This document shows positions 55,864 to 56,166 of a DNA stretch of 56,166 bases, piece by piece (the stretch's first letter is position 1; every line of letters begins with the position of its first letter). The translations under genes were made by a program, and so were the position numbers. Where the stretch lies: contig CAZGOI010000001.1 of assembly GCA_964527185.1 (NCBI GenBank), positions 300,410-356,575 of the forward strand, in the 5' to 3' direction. The notes under the pieces are model-generated. The model was not told the DNA's origin. It worked only from the letters and a program-made list of their open reading frames with translations, and searched no databases. The stretch comes from an uncultured Candidatus Saccharibacteria bacterium. GTDB taxonomy: Bacteria > Patescibacteriota > Minisyncoccia > Phycocordibacterales > UBA9973.

Positions 55864-56166
55864 TTTAAGTAGAGTTTGATCCTAGCTCAGGATGAACGCT
55901 GGCGGCGTGGATAAGGCATGCAAGTCGAACGAACTTTTTATGTTCCGAGATTGAGATTACATCAAGATTAAAGATTTTAAAAAGTTAGTGGCGAACGAGG
56001 TAGTAATACATAGGAATCTCCCCCTAAGTCATGAACAACACATCGAAAGGTGTGCTAATACATGATGGTCCCTCCGGGGTAAAGTTTTAACGCTTAGGGA
56101 AGAGCCTGTGAAGTATCAGCTAGTTGGTAGGGTAATGGCCTACCAAGGCTATGACGCTTAGGGGAG
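55864..56166 (+). rRNA. rrs: 16S rRNA 5' portion (truncated by the window end)
   Basis: AGAGTTTGATCCTAGCTCAGGATGAACGCTGGCGGCG, CATGCAAGTCGAAC, CTAGTTGGT-like helix, GCCTACCAAGGC. Confidence 0.97.

Noticed and set aside
1-56166. CRISPR array, cas genes, integrase, transposase, reverse transcriptase or DGR
   Set aside because: No regularly spaced repeats, no recognisable enzyme motifs and no template/variable repeat pair were seen.
1-56166. Stop-codon reassignment (code 25) as in some CPR lineages
   Set aside because: Core genes translate full length in code 11, and TGA ends ORFs (45232, 55456).

Overview
Chromosomal window from a Patescibacteria (CPR) bacterium, most likely Parcubacteria. 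The basis is the gene set and order, a short IF-2, an alpha2-type GlyRS, near-absence of Shine-Dalgarno sites and the 16S 5' end; the genetic code is 11. Most of it is housekeeping: recO, glyQS, metG, tatD, rpsF-ssb-rpsR, rnj, secG, rbfA-infB, a cysteine desulfurase, a Clp ATPase, parB, rel, topA-dprA, serS, dus, dnaX, rmuC, obg, five tRNAs and the start of a 16S rRNA. The accessory region at about 40.8-51.7 kb holds the most interesting signals. (1) An AT-rich two-gene island has an SF2 DExH helicase ending in three dsRNA-binding-domain-like repeats, convergent with a 449-aa orphan. Both genes carry parallel ~22-bp G-U-containing hairpins in their 5' leaders, whereas many other genes in the window look leaderless. 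This is a candidate dsRNA-sensing or RNA-regulated system. (2) Duplicated tRNA 5' halves with palindromes inserted in the D-loop occur at two tRNAs (Gln, Cys). The Gln copy brackets a leaderless GIY-YIG nuclease, and related short palindromes are dispersed, some in frame inside dus. Also notable are a ClpB-type ATPase with an LGF (ClpP-docking-like) loop, a divergent ClpP-like gene, and a stand-alone AsnRS-like catalytic domain. All calls come from reading the sequence by eye; no searches or folding programs were run.
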